From positions 270,493 through 334,492 of the IMG/VR virus record IMGVR_UViG_3300046820_001270: DNA of 64,000 nucleotides, one strand, 5' to 3'. Below are positions 60,407 to 64,000 of this stretch, one piece after another; the first letter of the stretch is position 1, and each line of letters opens with the position of its first letter. The notes below the pieces were generated by a model, which was not told the DNA's origin, did not search any database, and was given only the letters and a program-made list of their open reading frames with translations. This DNA is from a virus. Taxonomy: Duplodnaviria > Caudoviricetes. The translations under genes and the position numbers were made by a program.

Positions 60407-61084
60407 ATGACACCAAAAGATTACCAACAGTTTGGTCTTTACGCAAAAGACAAGGGTATTAGTTCGTTGAAATTGGACTATTACAATCAAAAAGTAGAAA
60501 ACAGTTTAACTCCTTACATCTTAGAGGAACGAAGCTTAAATGTAACCGTTATGGACGTGTTCTCACGTTTGATGATGGAACGTATCATTTGGGTTGCGGG
60601 TGGAGTTGATGATCATATGTCCACAATCGTTCAAGCTCAATTGATGTTTTTGGATAGTATTGACAGTAATGACATTACAATGCACATCGACAGTCCAGGT
60701 GGATCCGTTAAGTCGGGTCTTTCTATGGTAGACGTTATGGATTACATTAAATCCGATATTAGAACCATCAATACAGGTATGGCTGCGTCAATGGGTTCGG
60801 TCCTATTAGGTGCGGGTACCAAAGGTAAAAGAGGTTCATTGAGATTCTCTCAAACCATGTTACACCAATCATCAGGTGGTGCGGTTGGAAACATCCAAGA
60901 CGCTGAAATCAGTATGATTGAATGGAGAAAAGTTAACAATATCCTATTTGAATTATTAGGCGGATATTGTGGTAAACCAGCGGAACAAGTTAAAAACGAT
61001 GCGACTCGTGACCTATGGTTAGATGCAGAACAAGCACTTTCCTATGGAATTATCGACGAAATCGTAGGTAAAAAGAAGAAATAA
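60407..61084 (+). CDS. clpP: ATP-dependent Clp protease proteolytic subunit
   Basis: RIIWVAGGVDD, IDSPGGSV, catalytic Ser in AASMGS, His in MLHQ, and RDLWLDAEQALSYGIIDEI. Confidence 0.95.
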   Translation: MTPKDYQQFGLYAKDKGISSLKLDYYNQKVENSLTPYILEERSLNVTVMDVFSRLMMERIIWVAGGVDDHMSTIVQAQLMFLDSIDSNDITMHIDSPGGSVKSGLSMVDVMDYIKSDIRTINTGMAASMGSVLLGAGTKGKRGSLRFSQTMLHQSSGGAVGNIQDAEISMIEWRKVNNILFELLGGYCGKPAEQVKNDATRDLWLDAEQALSYGIIDEIVGKKKK

Positions 61085-61088
61085 GGTC

Positions 61089-61110
61089 AAAGGGAGATAA
61101 AACTCCCTTT
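61089..61110 (+). terminator. Probable terminator after clpP
   Basis: aaagggag-ataaaa-ctcccttt. Confidence 0.65.
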
Positions 61111-61137
61111 CTTCATATTTATAATAAAACATATAAT

Positions 61138-61473
61138 ATGAAGATTGATAAAACAAACATCTTATTAGTTTTGATTGCTTGTTTGGCGGCTTATACCATA
61201 TTCCAAAATCAAGGTATAAAAACTGACGTTGCTGGTTATAATGCTAAAATTAACTCTTTACAAAAAGAGATAGATTCAGTTTATACCGCAAATAAAGAAA
61301 TCGACAATCAAATCGAAAAAGTTGATAATCACATTGTTAATGTTGATAGAGATATCGACAACGTGACAAAAAACATAACTATTATTAAAAACAACACAGA
61401 TGAAAAAGTTAACGCTATTACTACTATTGGTAATCTTGAGCTTGAGCAGTTATTCACAAACAGATACAACTAA
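61138..61473 (+). CDS. N-terminally anchored membrane protein with a coiled coil (i-spanin-like topology)
   Basis: ILLVLIACLAAYTIF followed by a long heptad region. Preceded by TATTTATA at 61116. Confidence 0.65.
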   Translation: MKIDKTNILLVLIACLAAYTIFQNQGIKTDVAGYNAKINSLQKEIDSVYTANKEIDNQIEKVDNHIVNVDRDIDNVTKNITIIKNNTDEKVNAITTIGNLELEQLFTNRYN

Positions 61474-61825
61474 AGTTATTGTATTAGATACGACTAAAGT
61501 TACCATACCAACAAAAGTTGCTAGATTAGTCTACCAAGATTTACTTCGTTATGACGGAGCAAAATTAGAGATTGTTGAACTAAATAAAGTTATTAGTTTT
61601 AAAGATCAACAAATTGATTTATTTAAACAAAAAGATACATTAAAAAATGAAAAGATTTCTAATTTGGAAGTAATCATCAATAAAAAAGATGAACAATTTG
61701 GATTAGAAAGACAAAAATCTGAAAGTCTATTAAAAGAATTGAAAGGACAAAGAAGAAAAACTTTCTTTTATAAGGTCGGATCTTTTGCTGGAATAATTAT
61801 GACATCTTTATATCTTCTTAAATAA
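61400..61825 (+). CDS. Exported protein with a signal peptide, a coiled coil and a C-terminal TM segment
   Basis: MKKLTLLLLLVILSLSSYS|Q is a Sec signal with +1 Gln. C-terminal VGSFAGIIMTSLYLL. Overlaps the upstream gene by 74 nt. Confidence 0.65.
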   Translation: MKKLTLLLLLVILSLSSYSQTDTTKVIVLDTTKVTIPTKVARLVYQDLLRYDGAKLEIVELNKVISFKDQQIDLFKQKDTLKNEKISNLEVIINKKDEQFGLERQKSESLLKELKGQRRKTFFYKVGSFAGIIMTSLYLLK

Positions 61826-61828
61826 ATA

Positions 61829-62476
61829 ATGAAACATATCTTAGACATTAGAAATATAATAATTGTATTATTGATTGGTGTTGCAGTTGTGGAATTTATA
61901 AACCCAAAAGGTATTATGCCACATAGAACATTAACTATTCATGATACGGTAGGATATGAGATACCTGTACACGATACAGTGGGAATTGAAGTACCTGTTG
62001 AAGTAGAGATACCAGTAGAAGTACAAGTTCCTTACGCAGTTCATGATACGTTTACAGTATCTAATCCAATTGACACTAATGCAATATTAAATTCAATTGG
62101 TATGAAAATGTTTAAGAAGGATGTTCTCAAATTACCAAATAATGTTGGAACAGTTACCCTATTTGACACAATATCAAATGGTAGAGTTTTGGGACGTTCA
62201 TTTAAAAGTGATATTAAACAAAAAGTAGTTAGAGATACAATGTTCTTAGGTGATGCAAGAAAGAACTTATATTATATTGGAATTGACGCTAAGTTAGATA
62301 AACCGAATGTTATCAATCTTATCGGTGTTGGATTTATTATAAAAGATAAAGACGCTAAACACCTATATAAAATTGGAATTGGGGTATCTAATAAAGTTGG
62401 GCCAGATGGAACTAATGGAGAATTAGTACCATTTATAGGGGGAGGAGTTTATTGGAACGTAAATCGTAAGAAATAA
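61829..62476 (+). CDS. Membrane-anchored protein with a periplasmic stalk and a beta-rich C-terminus
   Basis: N-terminal TM IIIVLLIGVAVVEFI, HDT/VEVP repeats, and alternating beta-strands ending PFIGGGVYWN. Confidence 0.65.
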   Translation: MKHILDIRNIIIVLLIGVAVVEFINPKGIMPHRTLTIHDTVGYEIPVHDTVGIEVPVEVEIPVEVQVPYAVHDTFTVSNPIDTNAILNSIGMKMFKKDVLKLPNNVGTVTLFDTISNGRVLGRSFKSDIKQKVVRDTMFLGDARKNLYYIGIDAKLDKPNVINLIGVGFIIKDKDAKHLYKIGIGVSNKVGPDGTNGELVPFIGGGVYWNVNRKK

Positions 62477-62487
62477 ATCACAATCTT

Positions 62488-62943
62488 ATGATGTCATATT
62501 TGTTATTCATTTATGGAGTTTTTGAAGACGAGCAAGATATTGAATTTTTTTGTTTAGATATCTTGGGTAAATCACCTTTTATATTATCTGTTAGATATGT
62601 TATCGAAAATAACCAAAACGTTATTGTCTTGTTTGAATCTTATGATGATCACGCAACATTATCCGAAGAGATTAATAGTTTATCTAAGAATGATAGTGTT
62701 AAATTCTATTTTTTAATTGAAAAAAATTCATTAGTATCAGTTTTTTTACCGGAAGTAATAAGCGATTTTTTATTTAAACCGTCGTCTTCGGATCCACTTA
62801 TGATTAAAGTTGAATATGAAAAATACACTGAAGTACAAAAGATTGATTTAGAATTAGATAACGTATTAGATAAAATTGACTTATATGGAATTGAAAGTCT
62901 AACTCCCGAGGAAAAAAAGTTCTTAGATAATTTTGAAAAGTAA
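62488..62943 (+). CDS. Hypothetical protein with a C-terminal DUF6576-like motif
   Basis: LDNVLDKIDLYGIESLTPEEKKFLD matches the ILDKI...G..SLT.EE motif recalled from Bacteroidota proteins. Confidence 0.65.
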   Translation: MMSYLLFIYGVFEDEQDIEFFCLDILGKSPFILSVRYVIENNQNVIVLFESYDDHATLSEEINSLSKNDSVKFYFLIEKNSLVSVFLPEVISDFLFKPSSSDPLMIKVEYEKYTEVQKIDLELDNVLDKIDLYGIESLTPEEKKFLDNFEK

Positions 62944-62987
62944 TATTTTTTACTTATTTTTATACATACAACTTAAAACACCAAACA

Positions 62988-63797
62988 ATGAAAAAATCCA
63001 TCCTAAACAACACTGAGGAGATACAACAGTATATAAAAGATATTCGTAGAATACCTGTAATATCACACGAAAGACAAGAAGTAATTTTTGAAAGACTTAA
63101 CGATAAGACCATAACTAAACATGAAAAGAAATTTTTATATGATGAATTAGTTGTTGGTAATTTAAGATTTGTAATATCAGTTGCTAAAATGTTCCAAAAT
63201 CAAGGAATGGATATTATGGACATTATATCTGAAGGTAATATTGGTTTAATAAAGGCCGCAGAAAGATTTGATCCGACAAGTGGGTTAAAATTTATTTCTT
63301 ACGCAGTATGGTGGGTTAGACAATCAATCATGGCGTCTTTAAACGAAAATGCGAGAACCATACGTCTACCATCAAACTTAGTTCAAGAGTCACAGAAATC
63401 TAAAAAAGAGGAATTAAACGAAGAAGATAATTTTTTTATTAATAATAGTGAAGAACCAGTATCAAGTGGTTTACCATATTGTGTTGGTTTACATAGAGAA
63501 ATTAATGAAGATGGGGATCAATTAATTGACATCATTCCAAATAAAGAGGCCGAAAGACCTGACGCAATTGTTAATTCACCTGAAGAAATAAAGAAAAAAG
63601 TTGCGGCAATGTTAAGTGTGTTAGATGAAAGAGAAAGAATTATCATTGAGAGATATTATGGTCTTACAGGTATTGAATCGAACTTAGAAGACTTAGGTGA
63701 GGAATTTGGATGTACAAAGGAACGTATTAGACAATTACGTGATAAAGCAATTAAGAAGCTTAGAAATGAGAGTTTTGGTCTCTTAAACTATTTATAG
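62988..63797 (+). CDS. RNA polymerase sigma-70 factor, Bacteroidota RpoD-like, with region 3 truncated
   Basis: NLRFVISVAK, EGNIGLIKAAERFD, KFISYAVWWVRQSI and the region 4 helix-turn-helix LEDLGEEFGCTKERIRQLRDKAIKKLR. Confidence 0.9.
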   Translation: MKKSILNNTEEIQQYIKDIRRIPVISHERQEVIFERLNDKTITKHEKKFLYDELVVGNLRFVISVAKMFQNQGMDIMDIISEGNIGLIKAAERFDPTSGLKFISYAVWWVRQSIMASLNENARTIRLPSNLVQESQKSKKEELNEEDNFFINNSEEPVSSGLPYCVGLHREINEDGDQLIDIIPNKEAERPDAIVNSPEEIKKKVAAMLSVLDERERIIIERYYGLTGIESNLEDLGEEFGCTKERIRQLRDKAIKKLRNESFGLLNYL

Positions 63798-63800
63798 AAC

Positions 63801-64000
63801 ATGGATAAATCGTTAAAATATTTGGTTGGTATATCTGCAATAGTTATTGCGGGATGTGCTGCTTATTTTTCAATCACAGGGTTAGGTATTTTATTTGCGG
63901 GTGCATCTGTATCAGTAATGGTTATGGCAGGATCTTTGGAGTATGCTAAATTAGTTACTGCCACATATCTTAAACAAAAATGGAACGTAATAAAAGGTTT
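63801..64000 (+). CDS. 5' part of a membrane protein (runs off the window)
   Basis: Hand translation gives MDKSLKYLVGISAIVIAGCAAYFSITGLGILFAGASVSVMVMAGSLEYAKLVTATYLKQKWNVIKG..., with no stop before 64000. Confidence 0.75.
   Translation, partial: MDKSLKYLVGISAIVIAGCAAYFSITGLGILFAGASVSVMVMAGSLEYAKLVTATYLKQKWNVIKG

Noticed and set aside
1-64000. Stop-codon reassignment, as in some large Bacteroidota phages
   Set aside because: Very long ORFs tile the window in the standard code, and TAG (62, 60365, 63797) and TGA (6804) end genes at sensible positions.

Overview
This is an AT-rich, gene-dense 64 kb segment of a large (jumbo-type) contractile-tailed dsDNA phage. All credible genes are on the + strand and read in the standard code. 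The host is most likely a Bacteroidota bacterium, inferred from a Bacteroidota-type sigma-70, a SprB-like repeat, a Q-rule signal peptide, a TAnnTTTG promoter and the scarcity of Shine-Dalgarno sequences. Layout: (1) 1-14.6 kb tail/baseplate block (tape measure, tube-initiator-like protein with an OmpA-like insert, LysM-like protein, 1971-aa hub), then small late genes including a Dps/ferritin-like protein. (2) 14.7-21.9 kb replication block (gp32-like SSB, RecA/UvsX, 5'-3' exonuclease, DnaB, class II RNR, small 4-Cys protein). (3) 22-49.8 kb baseplate wedge genes followed by fibre-like proteins built from Cys-rich modules joined by Pro-Thr linkers. (4) 49.9-60.4 kb RuvC, primase, nucleases, and SbcD/SbcC split by an insert carrying a putative restriction-modification cassette. 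(5) 60.4-64 kb ClpP, a late membrane-protein trio and sigma-70. The most notable unexplained signals are a shuffled Cys-module/PT-linker fibre library, a pervasive [S/T]-G-x-T motif confined to virion proteins, a degenerate Hint domain in a baseplate protein, a TATTTATA late-promoter motif, and a small two-hairpin RNA apparently transcribed from that motif. All family names come from motif recognition by eye and from memory; no searches were run.
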